Part shown: one piece after another, positions 1 through 12,663 of the stretch
Layout: every line of letters starts with the position of its first letter
Numbering within the stretch: position 1 is the stretch's first letter
Assembly: GCA_030141605.1 (NCBI GenBank)
Contig: JAQGDQ010000429.1
Coordinates: 62,001-126,000, forward strand
Direction: 5' to 3'
DNA length: 64,000 nucleotides
DNA from: Tubiluchus corallicola
Lineage: Eukaryota > Animalia > Priapulida
Notes under the pieces: model-generated
What the model was told of the DNA's origin: nothing
What the model saw: only the letters and a program-made list of their open reading frames with translations
Databases searched by the model: none
Program-made: the position numbers and the translations under genes

Positions 1-122
1 GGGGGAGGAAACCTACCCCGGCGTCGACTTCACTATCGTCTGTGACTTCAGTGAGGGTGAGAGAACTGGCGGGTTAGTGCCAGCGTGGTTAATGGCTTCT
101 AACCACGTGTCAACGGCTTTTT
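1..122. other. GC-rich multi-hairpin segment (possible ncRNA or transposon terminus), cut by the window edge
   Basis: Stems visible by eye: 1-19 hairpin; 22-28 pairs with 109-115 and encloses three hairpins (29-55, 66-83 ctggc/gccag, 85-107 cgtggtt/aaccacg). Followed by TTTTT. Family not recognised. Confidence 0.35.
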
Positions 123-204
123 GAAATGTTTTTCTACAAAATTAAAAGATCATTCCAAAGTAGAAATGTTGACGCTAGATTTAACAATAACTTCATTTTT
201 GAGA

Positions 205-580
205 GGTAGACAGGTCAGTATGTAAGTAGGCAAGCAGGTAAATAGGTAGTTAGGTTCGTGGGAAGTAGGATAAGTAGGCAGGCAAGCTAGTAGGTAGCTG
301 TGTAGACAGGCAGGTTGGTAGGTAGATACGTGGGCATGTAGGTAAGTAGGTAGGCAGGTAGGAGGTAGATGGGTAGATAGGTGGGTAGGTAGATAGGCAC
401 GTAGATAGGCAGACGGGTAACCAGATAGGTAAGTAGACAAGGAGGTAGGTGTAGGTAAGTGGGTAGGTAGGAAGGTATGTAGGTAGGTATGTAGATACGC
501 AGGCAGGCAGGTAGATAATATATGTGGGTGAGTAGAAGGTTAGTAGGCAAATATGTATGTAAATACAGAAATAGGTAATA
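205..580. repeat. Degenerate (TAGG/CAGG)n tetranucleotide low-complexity tract
   Basis: Continuous aggt/aggc/agat units; produces the spurious PTYL-rich ORFs 150..440 and 287..550. Confidence 0.9.
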
Positions 581-1399
581 GAAAGTCCTAATATTGAAGA
601 TGCTGAATAACTAAATCCTCAAAATTGGGAAACACTTCAGTGTTTCAAGCACATTCATCAGTACTCATTCATTTTCAATGAACAGTTCAAACGTTCAAGA
701 TAAACATTTGCTTTGCAGGTTGATAGTTGCTAATTTAATGATTAATGAGTCGCTACGATACCATGCGCACAAAATTGGCACAAACTGCTAGGTAAACTTG
801 AACTATACCTGTAAGCGATCTAGTTTACATAAAAATGTACGACAACTTTGTTTAAAGCCTCTGATTAGTCAGCAAATCAAATCTTGATTACAAGATTGGT
901 AACTAGGCACCTTACTGCTCCAAGATCATTCGCAGGAGATGATGGATGATAGACATCCTACGATCGTGCAACAGTTCTCAATCATGACTTCACTGGAAAC
1001 TTTGACTAACACCTTTAAGGTGACAAATTTTGCAGCAACAATTGTATGATATATATATACAGTTGTTATATATCATAACTTTTTTAACTTCTTTTTAACT
1101 TTTTGTTTACAAATTTACAACTTGGAAACATTATATATGCTTTACATACAGATGTGGTCTGGGAGACTCATACATGGCAAAAAAACGCAAACCGTACGGG
1201 CCGTTTAACCCAGACATTTAACATAAATAGCATACAATAGAATACAGTTGTTTGATCGATGGGGACAAATGATGACGAAGCAATGATGATCAGTGAACAA
1301 TTTTTCATACCGGATGTTAACTATCAATACTATTACTCTATAGGATTTTACCGATTGAAGGATAAACATACATAACCTGAAGGGAAATAATAATATAGG

Positions 1400-1785
1400 A
1401 CATATGTGATCAACTTAATTAACGACGACTAAAATAAAGTGTACATACATAGCAATTATCAAGTATACAAATATCAGAATGAGTATTATGGAAAAATAAT
1501 TTACAATACTTGGTGGATTTATAACAATGAGTACGAACTTTATCAGTTACATGATTTGGAAGATTATTAACTAAAGAAAAAATGATATACGCCAACGAAC
1601 GATTTGAAAATATTAAATGTAAATTTGTTGTATGTTTAGTTTCTCTAGCTCTTGCAGGGTATTCATGATAATCAGTTCCTCGCAGTATGGGTAAAGACTG
1701 GAAATAAGCAGGTAATAATTGATTGCAATTTTTAAAATTAAATTTAAGTTTTGTGAGAGCAAGTAAGTGTTCAAGCTTCACTACT
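1400..1785 (-). mobile_element. Decayed 3' fragment of a non-LTR retrotransposon (CR1/L2-like ORF2 C-terminus)
   Basis: ORF 1419..1781 (LLPAYF...DYHEYPAR...NNLPNHV...CILDNCYVC) resembles the post-RT C-terminus of CR1/L2-group LINEs and the tail of the element at 47037-47651 (LLPPLF...EIHNYDTR). Confidence 0.55.
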
Positions 1786-4490
1786 AAATTGGCGGAAGAA
1801 GTTAGGCATAACTGAGGTATGGAGCAAGTCCCAGTATTCTAATTGCTCTTTTTTTGCTACCTGCCAGGTCACTGCATAGTCTGCACCTTCCGTTGTTGCA
1901 CATTTCAGATGCAAATATGCTGTAAATGTCATTTGTTTTAAAACCAGTTTTTCTACGTGCTGTTGTTTGCTTGAATCCAGAAACCAATAATTATTAATGA
2001 CTGTTGGTTTAGTTTTAGTGGGAACTGCTGTCAGAGCCTTACACTTATAACAGCGGGGTCGCAAGTCCGTGTAGTGGCTACATGACTACTTTGGACGTAC
2101 CAGGTAAATGGGGAAGCTTGGTGAAGCACAATATGTTTTGACCACTGTTTGCATTTTACAGTTCGTTCTTTCAGTGAGAATTTTTCAGGTTTGTGTTTGT
2201 TTCGGTTATTTTTGTTTCAGTTATGTCGTTATGCCCTTCCTTGAAATCACTCGATACTCTTATACACCTACCTGAGTGCAAGTTATGTTAGTGGGTTTGT
2301 AGCATGTTTTGCAGAGAAGGATAAGATTTGAAGACTGAAGTATAGTCGTTGGTGAAGATTTTTTTTATTAACGGCACACTGCTTCAGTAAAATCATTTTC
2401 TTTTTGCGACTTTGCGTTGTGTACTGCTAGTCCCACACTGAATAAAAAAAAACACACAATTGAAAATAAGAAAAAAACAACACGACTAATGTCGTCTTAA
2501 CGCATGGGCACATTGGGCAGTGTGTCTCAGGAGTCACTATACACTACACTTTTCATATTTTTAATAAACAAAGGAAAATGTTTGAAAATTGTAACAAATG
2601 AAGTAAAATATTGGACAAATTATGTCTAATTAGATGAAAATCTGAAAAGAACTACTGCACTAGTAGGCATTGCTATTTTCACTACCTTCTTCAGGGATGT
2701 CAAGAGCCTCAGAAACCAACCTCATGACAAGTCAAGCATCTTGCATTGAGAAAGTCAAAGCTCATGAGTGGTAAAGAAGGGATTCACCTTCTTAATAGGG
2801 AGAGAATAGTGTAGTCCATATGATGCTGTCAATTTCTACTGGAAGACTTCATGCCAGCCTGATTTTGCACATTTCTAACATTACTGTCGTCAACGGTTTG
2901 CAGTCAAAAAATAAATAAAAAGAATTGTTAAAGGCCCCTTTTGATTTCTGTAAGAGCTTGCTGAGAATTGAGAAAAATTTAAGAAGAAAATTAGAAATCA
3001 AGTGTATGGTAACTTTTGAGACACCCTATATATACAAACGGTTTAGCATTATTTAGTGAACCATAGGTAAAATGTCCATAATTATCAACAGCACTTACAG
3101 TAAAAAATACACTGGCTATACATATAATCACAAAGACATGTCCAGCAGAAATCAGATCATTTACTATGAGCAAAGTTGTTTGAATGTTCTAACTCAAAAG
3201 ACTCAAATGCTACAAAAATGCAAAATAGTTAAAGAAAATAAAAATCTGTACATATTTTCAATAATCGTCACTCGACAATAACAATTATTGTAAAGTCAGT
3301 GCAACAATGGCACAGAAATTTTACAAACAGTTGTAAAAAAGTATTTACATTATATAATATACAACATATTATATACATTGGCATACATAACTTATTACAG
3401 AGCCTGTGACTGCAAAAATAGCATTTAATTTGCTCTTTTTTTTTAAATGTATGATAACTGGAATAAGTTGACCAAGCATAAAGTAAAACAATGGAATCAT
3501 CATCAATACAAACTATTTACACCAATGATATTAAAAACATTCAAATCAGCACAGTTAGTGATAATACTATTGCATATTTGAAAGAATTTGAAATACATAA
3601 CACTCCTAGCAAAAGAGAAACAATGTATTATTCATTAAAATTACAATCACATTTTTACATAAACACATACATGATCACTGGGCAAAGTGAAAGACAATTA
3701 AATCACCAAAAGCACTGGTACCAGGTGTTTTACTAAATTTCAAAAAACACTGCTTAAATATATTTTAAAATCTTTGGCATCCTCGTAATAAGAATCAGAA
3801 TAGAATGCACTGAAAAAGACAATCCACAGTGTTATTTGCTGGTTTCAACATTGTAGCTAGTACCTAGAAAATCATGCAGCTGTATACAATGTAAAAAGTC
3901 AAAGCGAAACAATCAGTGTGCTTCAGTCTTAGCACCAAGGTCCAGTTTTACAAATGTTTTACACTTTTTGAAGTTCCATTTTTAGTATATTCAAAATATT
4001 CACATGTTGACTTGAACTATAGTAAAAAGTGTGATGGAATTGAGTCCACTTTTTAACAAAAACAAAACTTGCTCAAACTGAAAAGTTAAGGACTCAGACC
4101 CAAAGTTCCAGGACTTGGCTACATTGAACTTGAACTGTGGACATGTGTCAGTAGTTTATTAAGCAGTTTTGAAACCTGCAGATCAACTTAAAAGGTTTGA
4201 AGCATGCTTGTCTCGTACGATGCAGTGTCAAACATCTCGTGAATTATACTATGGCTATGACTGACAAATTCTAAAACTTGCAATCATGCTGAAGCAAGTT
4301 GGCCTGCTTAATAACACTTGTTGGTCCTTTATCTGTGGTCATCTTTTGACCAGTAGTCCTCTGACTGATAATTCATCTGCAGTGACATGTGCATTTACAC
4401 TTAAATCTGAACACCGACGACCTGGACTCAAAGTGAGAAGACTCAACTACATCACTGCAATTTTCCTAAGAAGCCAGTAAATAACGTAAA

Positions 4491-7400
4491 TCAAGGGCTT
4501 TGACTAACTGCCCTCCGTTTTCTTCTCGCAAAAAAATTTCGTATCCGTTCTAGCAATTTCATTTTTCGTTTCAATCGCACTTGCTCTTTTCCAGAGAGCT
4601 GTTCACTGCTAAACTCCGACACTTTTTTAACGTTCCCATCTTCACACAGCGTATCACATGGATTTATATCACTTATAGGCTGCACTTCAGATGAAGCCAC
4701 AGCTGTGGCTTTGGTTTCAATTTCTGGTTTTGCAGCTTCACCTTTTTCTTTAATGCATAATGGTTGATTCCACATTAAAGGCAAAGAACCTGGCGGGGCT
4801 TGAAGAGCAGGTGGAGCCAGTTTTCCAGCTTGTTTAGCTGCCTGCCAAGTTTCGATCTGTCCATAGACAGGCTTGTCAAATGCTTTAACCAATCTATACT
4901 GACTCCAGTCATTTTTGCCATTTGGATGAAGGTCTATTATGGAATAATATCCCATGGGTGAATTCCTTGAGCGAAGTTCCTGTTTTACACCTGGTGCAAT
5001 ACTGGCAAGGACAATCTGTGTGGTAAAGTTCCTTGACTCTATAAAAACAAGAGTCTATAAAATACGGAAAACTACCAGTAATGTGGAGATCCTAAACAAT
5101 AAAAATCCATTCAAGCTAAAAAATATGCAGAGAATATTAAATACAAACAGAATCAATTTACAATGAAGAAAATATTTTGTTCTTTTGTAATTATTTTTCC
5201 TATTCAAGCTCAACTAACACTATGAGGACACTAGAGACAGCCCATATGGCATGTGTTTGAAGTGCAAACTCACTCTAACACTTGGCCAACCTTGAGAAGG
5301 GTCCAATTAAAAGCCACCCTAGAAGGCAGAACATTAGTGGCTAAGTAACGTTAACGATTTAATAAAATTTCTTTGATGTTGTTCCATTTGCCAAAGCTTA
5401 AAAATAAATCTTATCCCATTAAGCTGAAAATGAAGCCCCTGGCTCGCCCGGAACATTGTATTGTTGCATCATCGACCCAGCCCCAGCGTGACATGCAAGA
5501 AAGATAAAGCTTACCTTGGTCTCGAATCGACGAACAAAGGCTAAAGTTGACGTGAAACTGATCATTGTGAAGTAGTGATTGTGACAAAATAATTAATACG
5601 TAGTTACATCTGCAACAACAAATATAAAATCTTTCGAAACTTAGTTGTCAACTGACACTGTTTAACTGAACCTCTGGAATCTTCTATCCAATCATTGTCA
5701 AGAAAACACTGACTGACAAATTTGCCATATTTTCCATCTAGGAACTTATAGCACATAATAGCCTAGTGAACATAGCAACAAAGTTTATCCTATAACACGA
5801 GTAACTTAAAATTCAGAAAAAGGAGTGATAAAAAACAAAATTACATTTACAAATAGCAGGCACTGTACAGTTCAAGGTGATAGGTCCAGTGATCTAGATT
5901 TTGGACTGCAACCATGCAGTCTTAAATTCAACTCTAACTGCTGCCGATGCCAGGAAAATCCTTTAATGTTATTCCTAGTTTGTGTGTTGCGTCCTTACCT
6001 GCAATGTTGTAAGCGCAAGTCGCTACATACCCGTTAGTGCTAATGTTGTCTGTTAAACCAGCAATGGTAAATGAATGTCTTTGTCCTTGACTTTCTCTAA
6101 CTATAAATGAGTCAACAAAAGTTTGCTGATTTCCCCACACAGGCAGCCCAACAAGGTAGAGAATTTGTTTCTAATATGAGTATCTCAATTGCTATTTATT
6201 CACATTCTGCATAAATTTCAACAAAATACAGACTTAAGTTTATGAGAGTCCGCTATTCTTGTCTGTTTTAATAATTATCAAGATTTTTTGTATACTTTTC
6301 AATTGTAATACGAGTTATACATATTTCTCACGACAACCATGGCCGGATTATGACTTTTAGGGTCCCTAGGCTAATGAAATTTAGGGGCCACCTCAGACGC
6401 AGCCACCCTCTAACTCATCCGCACCCATCTTGAGTCTTTTTTACCCGTGATATATTTTAGCAACATTTACATAGCTTGAAGCAAACTTACTGCAAATTCT
6501 TTAAATAAACTTTAAATAAAACTACATCAGCTAACTTCTGCTTGTCGGTAAAAATATTCTTTAAGAAATGCCACTATTTTATTAATTATTGCAACCCAAA
6601 TTAGCGCATATTCCAACATAACCGTAGTGAGAAAACAGATTTTATACCAAATGTTACCAAAGCTTGAGAGCTGCCCAAACTTGAGGGGTTCTAAGCTGCA
6701 GCCTATAGTAACCTATAGGATTACCCAAACCTGGCTACGACAACCAACAGTATGATAAAAGGTACAAAAATGTGATGGCAGAGTATAACTAATTATATAA
6801 CAAACATTAACGATATAAGTTATAAAGGCAAATTTTCATACCGTCGAATGTAATCACATATCTTGAGCGGCTCAAAGTTGGCTGCTGTAAATGAGGCAGC
6901 AACATCCCGATCAAACAAGCAACATCTAACAAATTGATAAGAAATGCCATAGTAACGCGAAAATATTTTAAGAAATTCTTTTTCAACAATACATTATTTG
7001 CTGCGTTAAAAATTAGATCATAAGCTAACTCCACCACATGACTCTGACTTCTTGTTCTAATATACCAAATTTCATTGCACTTAAGTTGAAATCATCATCT
7101 GGTATATCGTTCTTGAAAAGACATTTGATTCTGATACATGTTAAAGACAATCTTCTCACATTTGCCTAAAACTGTGAACCCTTCCAATTTTGAGCATTTG
7201 CATTTGTGTCATGGATTACATTCTACCACGAAATGCCATTCATTGTAGCATTTTAATTTGATATCATTATTGTTTTTAAAGGACTTGTGAACAAACAGAC
7301 AAATTGACTAAATCATCATGTGGCAGTAACCTTTAAAGTTTTGATTCTTAAGAAATATCAAGGGCAACCATCTATTCTACAGGGTTTATTTAAATAATCT

Positions 7401-10400
7401 GTTGTCTCAGGCACATTGCAACTGGAAAAAACCAATAAAAATAATAAAAATTGAATGAAATCAGCTATATTTATGGAAATCTTGAAACACAATTTGTCAT
7501 TTGCATATGTACAAGGAATGTAGAATTTTTAAAACACAGCACTCATAAAAAATTACTAACCAAGCAGAAAATGGAAATATGCCAACGTGCCTTTTATACA
7601 CTGTGTATTCAAAATTTTGTCATCTAAACTATGCTTCTACATTCACACTCAAAAACATATCAGTTGATTTTGTTTTCAGAGAAGTGAATTAGAATGTGGC
7701 ACAGAAAATTAGTTAAGTACAAAACTTGAACTTAGTATACATTTCCTGAATAGAAATCGAGACGACACCAAACTGATAGACATCAAGATCTTTTGATATT
7801 ATAAACCCACACAGGTAAATTTTGATACTAGACTGAAATATTAATCTTTAGTAATAATCTTGGCATTAAGATTGTAATAATAAATTAATCAAGATCTTCT
7901 TACTTGTATCCAAAATCGTTTCGGAGCACATGATCAATGACGTACGCCCATTCTTCATCATCCTCGTGATACAAAATATACAGATCGAATTTTTCTTCTT
8001 CTGATTTAATATCTATAAGCAAAGTTTAAAAAATATTTAATCCGCTTTAAAAGTTAATAAGCAAAGTTAACGTAACTGGTACATAAACTGTAATAAAACA
8101 TAATAAAAATGAAACTGATAAAATTCATTCAATGATGGTAATCAAAAATCATAATCCGATTTTAAAAAAATTGCCTTTCTTAAAATAAACTTAATGCTGT
8201 ATATACAAAACTGTTGTATCTGTATCATTAAAACTACATTTAGCTAGAGGGTACAATTCCATCCTACCACATTTGGTGCTTAAAATTTCTTATTATTTAG
8301 ATAAAATTAATGTTATTCATACAAAACAGGCCATGCTGATTTGTCAACTAGGGGTGAGCATCAGGTGTTCCAGTTCAAATAGATTCGAATGAGTTTTTTT
8401 ACTTAAAATTCTATTCGAACCTAAAATTATAGATTCAATTAATTCTGCATTTCAACCACATACTTTCTTTATCATTAAAACGTTTGAAAGATCATGCATA
8501 ATTCAGCTTTGCGATTTCTGAGTAAAAACTTTGAAACAAATTATTAGTGGTTTTAACTGCAGAATTAAATTGAGTAATATGCATGATTTTTGCAAGACAG
8601 TTTTTTACTGGTGGTTCAAAAACTTGTTTCAACTTCAATTCCAAATACTGAAATTCAATTCGAATTCGAAAGTCACAAATTCAATTTTTATTCAAATTTG
8701 CTTACTAGTACAGAATACTCACCCCTATTGTCAACATCTTTAAATCTTCATTTAGTCAGAATGTACAACTCTGACCTATTTGCACAGTGCTATAACTAAA
8801 CCACCATCGAGCTCTTTTGTTTTACAAACATCATTTCTTCATGTTTATAATGAGAACGGATAGGCCAAAAAGCCTGAACTTCAACAGCCATTAAGTTCTT
8901 CATACAAAGTTGCATAATTAGATACAAATTACCGTTTATGTTCTTTGGAAGCACTCGACTTTCTTCAATAGGATGGTCTATAGCAAAGTCTAAAAGAAAT
9001 GTTGTAATGAATGTCTAAAAGTATTCTTGAGCAATAACAACTCGAGTACATTAAAATCAATTGTAGTACAATTTGCTTTTAAAAACAATTGATATAAAAT
9101 CACATAAATGTAAAATTATAATATAATTTAATTTGATAGACCATTAATTAATAAGAATGAAGTTAAACATAGATACTGTTTTGAATTTTATTTTTTGACA
9201 AAATTAAACAAATAAATAATTCAATAATAGCCAAATGTTCTTGTTCACTTTTAATACAAATATCAAATTTTAAGCATTTTCAGCACATCACTGTGGTCAT
9301 TTTCAAACTGCCGTGACAAATATTTGCTTTAATTATGACCACACGACTCAACAATAGAATTCAACAGTAGATTTGATTCGAGCTGCACATTTTAAATTAG
9401 AGTAAAATTCTATGACAAATATGTGCTGAAGTGTTTCTGTTGTTAAATTCATAATAAGATATAAAAATGGTGACAATGTTATGACAAAGTGATTAAGAAG
9501 ACATATTTTGCATGAATGTGATTTGTGGCCATTTGTGGGTTCAATGCTCATTCCAGGCACTGTTCATGCACCTGGCTTTTTATCTCGCAGTGGGAGGATG
9601 AATACGTAATCACGCACCTGAATGTGATTGAGACACCCCTGCTAGTTCACTGGCTCATCTTACAGGAACACCTTGAGCCAGATTCCAGTCACGCTACAAA
9701 CATAATGCTAGGTAGGCACTACCACTATATGCTGAATTGCAGCTTGAAGTGTCTTGAGTTGTATAAAAGATCAAAAAGATGGTTGTATTTACCTGCAGCG
9801 GGATTTTTCTCCACCTGAGAGTCATGCGTGTAATGAAAAATATCATTATCTGAAAATTCAATTCAAATTATATGTTTTCCAACAACTTTTGTGTAAAATC
9901 ATCCATTTTGTGGCATAAGTAAGAGAAAAAGTAACACTTTTGGTACAATACAATCATACAATTAACTATACACAATAGCTGTAACACAAAATTGTGTGAC
10001 TCATTCATTGTTGTTAGCAAATTTTATAAAGCATTAACAAGGCAGTACTTATTTTGTTTATTTACTTCCAAAATTTGGAGGTCTGGTACCAAAAGTAAAT
10101 GACAATTTTTGTGTTCGATAGGCTGGGATTAGATTATCAAAAAAGTTACAATTAACAACTGCAATACTAACATGAATTTTCCACATTTCATCATGAATTT
10201 TATAATTGTGACAAACAGTTTGTTAGTTGAATTCAATATTCCTGCCTATGCTTGACTTCAGTGTTTCTTATATTTTATTTTCAATGGTTACATTGAAGAG
10301 TAATGCTCTTTCAATGCTGCTGTAAATCTTAGTGATGTTGACTCTACTGCACAATAACTTCACATGCATTTCTGAAGAAAGAGCAGCATCTACTCTCTTT

Positions 10401-11516
10401 ATACTGAACGCCAGTGCAAAGTTTTACCGACAAGAGGCCGGATCCTATCGAGTACATCTCCACGCTCTATTTTCAGGAGCATCTCCATCAATTCACCAAT
10501 TTTTCCACCTTCTTCTCTAATCCACCATCGCAACAGCTTACGTGTCTTGTCTCCTTTTTGCTCAAAGCGGCTAAAAGAAAAATTACATTTACAAATGCTT
10601 TTTTGATAAAATGAAATAAATCGTGCATCACACTGTAAAATAATTCTTGTGAAGAAATGATAACCATCAAAAGTCATTGACAGCAAAGGTGCACAAAGAA
10701 GTGCAAGTCAAATTCACTAGTGTCCACTACATCCATTTTGTTTAACGAAACGACAATAAAAAATAAACACATCATTAATAAACCAATTATTAAACTACCT
10801 AGTAAACCACAACCTTTACTAATGTACTTTTATCAATTAAAGTCATGCAAATTATTGATCTGTGTTAGCAAAATCAAGCAGATTTTAGAAGATTTTGTCA
10901 AATAATTTATATGAAAAAGTGCAGCATATTGTGGGCGACCGATTAGTGATAATAAAAAACTTCTAGAATGCACACGTGTGATAAAAAACGATACCATGTA
11001 ACACCTGGATTACAGCACAGACAATTTGACTTATGACAAGAAGTAATTCAATGTATCGGCAATCTTGGTAAAACAGGAAACATGCTGTGAACGTTGTTAA
11101 TTATGAATATTATGTGATTATTTACCACACTATTTTGTACAGCTTAATATATATTTTGCCGCACTAACTGCAATAAAATTTACAAAGTAAAAACTAAACC
11201 ACCTGCATTCTGAGATGTTCAAGCCCATCAATTCCGCCAGACCTCTCCAATCTTTCAGCAATCCAGACTGTGAAAATAACGTCAGCCTATCAATATCCAA
11301 GAAGTCGCTCAATAGTTCAATTGTTCCTGCAGACAGTGCACTGACTGGTATGTTGTTCCAGTCAAGAGTCGATATAGTTGCCTGTTCTGAAACTGTGGTA
11401 CATTGGTCGACAAATCTGTCAAGTTGCAGATCAACCTCATCGGTAATTACCATTGATGGGGAAACAGTCTCATGAGAAATAAGTCTAAATGAGTCAAAAG
11501 AAAGGCTCGAAGCCAT
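4491..11516 (-). CDS. MYD88: MyD88-like adaptor (death domain + TIR + C-terminal extension), 7 coding exons, 449 aa
   Basis: Exons 11516-11203, 10570-10428, 8989-8933, 8012-7904, 6925-6842, 5609-5515, 5038-4491; all GT-AG, phases consistent, 1350 nt total. Death domain IPVSALS...KDWRGLAELMGL...LLRWW...IGELMEMLLKIERGDVL. TIR box1 FDLYILY, box2 CLFDRDV, RCNYVLIILS, box3-like WSQYRLVKAF. An acceptor at 11528-11529 implies an upstream non-coding exon. Confidence 0.88.
6338..6736 (+). mobile_element. Degenerate hAT-like MITE in a MyD88 intron
   Basis: About 400 bp starting catggccggatta, flanked by the direct repeat ACGACAAC; reverse-complement homologue at 60419-60786. Confidence 0.6.
8349..8727. 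mobile_element. hAT-superfamily MITE (TAGGGG termini)
   Basis: Terminal inverted repeats taggggtgagca...tactcaccccta; perfect 8-bp TSD TTGTCAAC (8341-8348 and 8728-8735); second copy at 41739-42147. Confidence 0.88.
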
Positions 11517-11936
11517 TGCTGTATTACCTGTAAAATGAGTAAAAGTGGCTAACTAGAGACCCAACAAATTAAGTATGCTGACTGTGAGTTCACTGCAAAT
11601 GATCTTCAACATTGAACATAGCTCCAACACAGTAGTCGCCGCTTGAAAAATCATAGATAATAAAACTAGAAGCATAGAACAATTTAGGCAGGATCTGAAA
11701 TTACTCTTTCAGGAACTGTAGTTAAAAAAATTTGGTTAATAAAACCAGTGCACTGTTTAATAAGACCACATTTTCAGTAAAAGGTGACACAAGCTATAAC
11801 AAAATGAAAATAAAATGTATTTCGGTAGTTTGCTATTTTTTAAATATGTGGTTTCTAGATTCACTTCTTCTTGGCCTAAATCATACAGAAGCACATCAAG
11901 AGGCATTCAAAACGGCACCTCAAAAACATGTAGAAC

Positions 11937-12663
11937 TGCTAGGCGCCAAGTAACCCACTAGCCGAAGTAGGACAATTTGAGTACATGGGCTAGCCCAAGT
12001 AGGACGCTAGAGACAGGTCGCGAATTGAGTCGCTAAGCATACTGGCACCGTCCGTTGTCCTTGTTTAGGTAATAATAATAATTAAAAATATCGATACACG
12101 TTGAATAATTTATTTTATACATCTGATAAAATAAAAGAATTTCATTCTGAGCTAGAAGAATTAACATTTGCCAATATTAATCTTCTTTAAAGTAAAATAA
12201 GAGCACTTTTAGGCGATTGCAACATTTGCTTAAGGTATATCATTTTTTATTTTGTCTTGCTTCACAGACAGGTGATCCTTTTCACTCCCTCCTGGACAAA
12301 TAATTGTTTTCTACTAAGTAAACGGGTTAGCGAGTTGTGTGCCCTACATAGTTTCTCTCTCTAAAGCATTAGACACTTATTTTAATGTTATGATGATATC
12401 TATGGAGCTAATAATAATGATTATATTGTTGTAAAAAATACATTTGTAAATTGTCAAGGACTATCCATCATTATTATAAAGTTACTTTTTTCTAAAACAT
12501 ATTTGGTTTTATGTTTTATTATGTCATAAATCTCAATTCTCGACAGAAATCGCTAGTGTCCTACTTGGGCTGCTCATGTACGACACTGCTTTTCCGTAAA
12601 TTTAGCACATACGTTTTACCGGAAGTGTCCTACTTTGGCTAGTGGGTTACTCGGCGCCCTACA
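11937..12663. mobile_element. Ginger-like MITE, copy 1
   Basis: About 38-bp inverted termini tgctaggcgccaagtaacccactagccgaagtaggaca / tgtcctactttggctagtgggttactcggcgccctaca; perfect 4-bp TSD GAAC; subterminal gcccaagtaggac repeats. TGT..ACA-type ends with a 4-bp TSD fit Ginger/TDD elements. Confidence 0.8.

Noticed and set aside
150-550. Two Pro/Thr/Tyr/Leu-rich ORFs
   Set aside because: Translation artefacts of the TAGG microsatellite.
1771-2140. ORF with RPRCYKC and nearby Cys pairs
   Set aside because: No complete zinc-finger or transposase motif and no splice structure; at most a TE remnant.
5999-6100. Candidate MyD88 exon with a good donor (VRESQGQRHSF...)
   Set aside because: Open only as phase 1-1 but lies in a phase-2 intron; inclusion gives an immediate stop codon, and it shows no TIR similarity.
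7066-7130. Candidate alternative MyD88 exon (KIKCLFKNDIP...)
   Set aside because: 65 nt; it breaks frame with the downstream TIR exons, while 6925-6842 fits both phase and motif.
9793-9814. 22-nt AG...GT bounded segment in a MyD88 intron
   Set aside because: Frameshifting and with a poor pyrimidine tract.
11940-12660. Recurring gcccaagtaggac motifs as a CRISPR-like array
   Set aside because: Irregular spacing, both orientations, inside TIR/TSD-bounded elements, no cas genes and a eukaryotic context.
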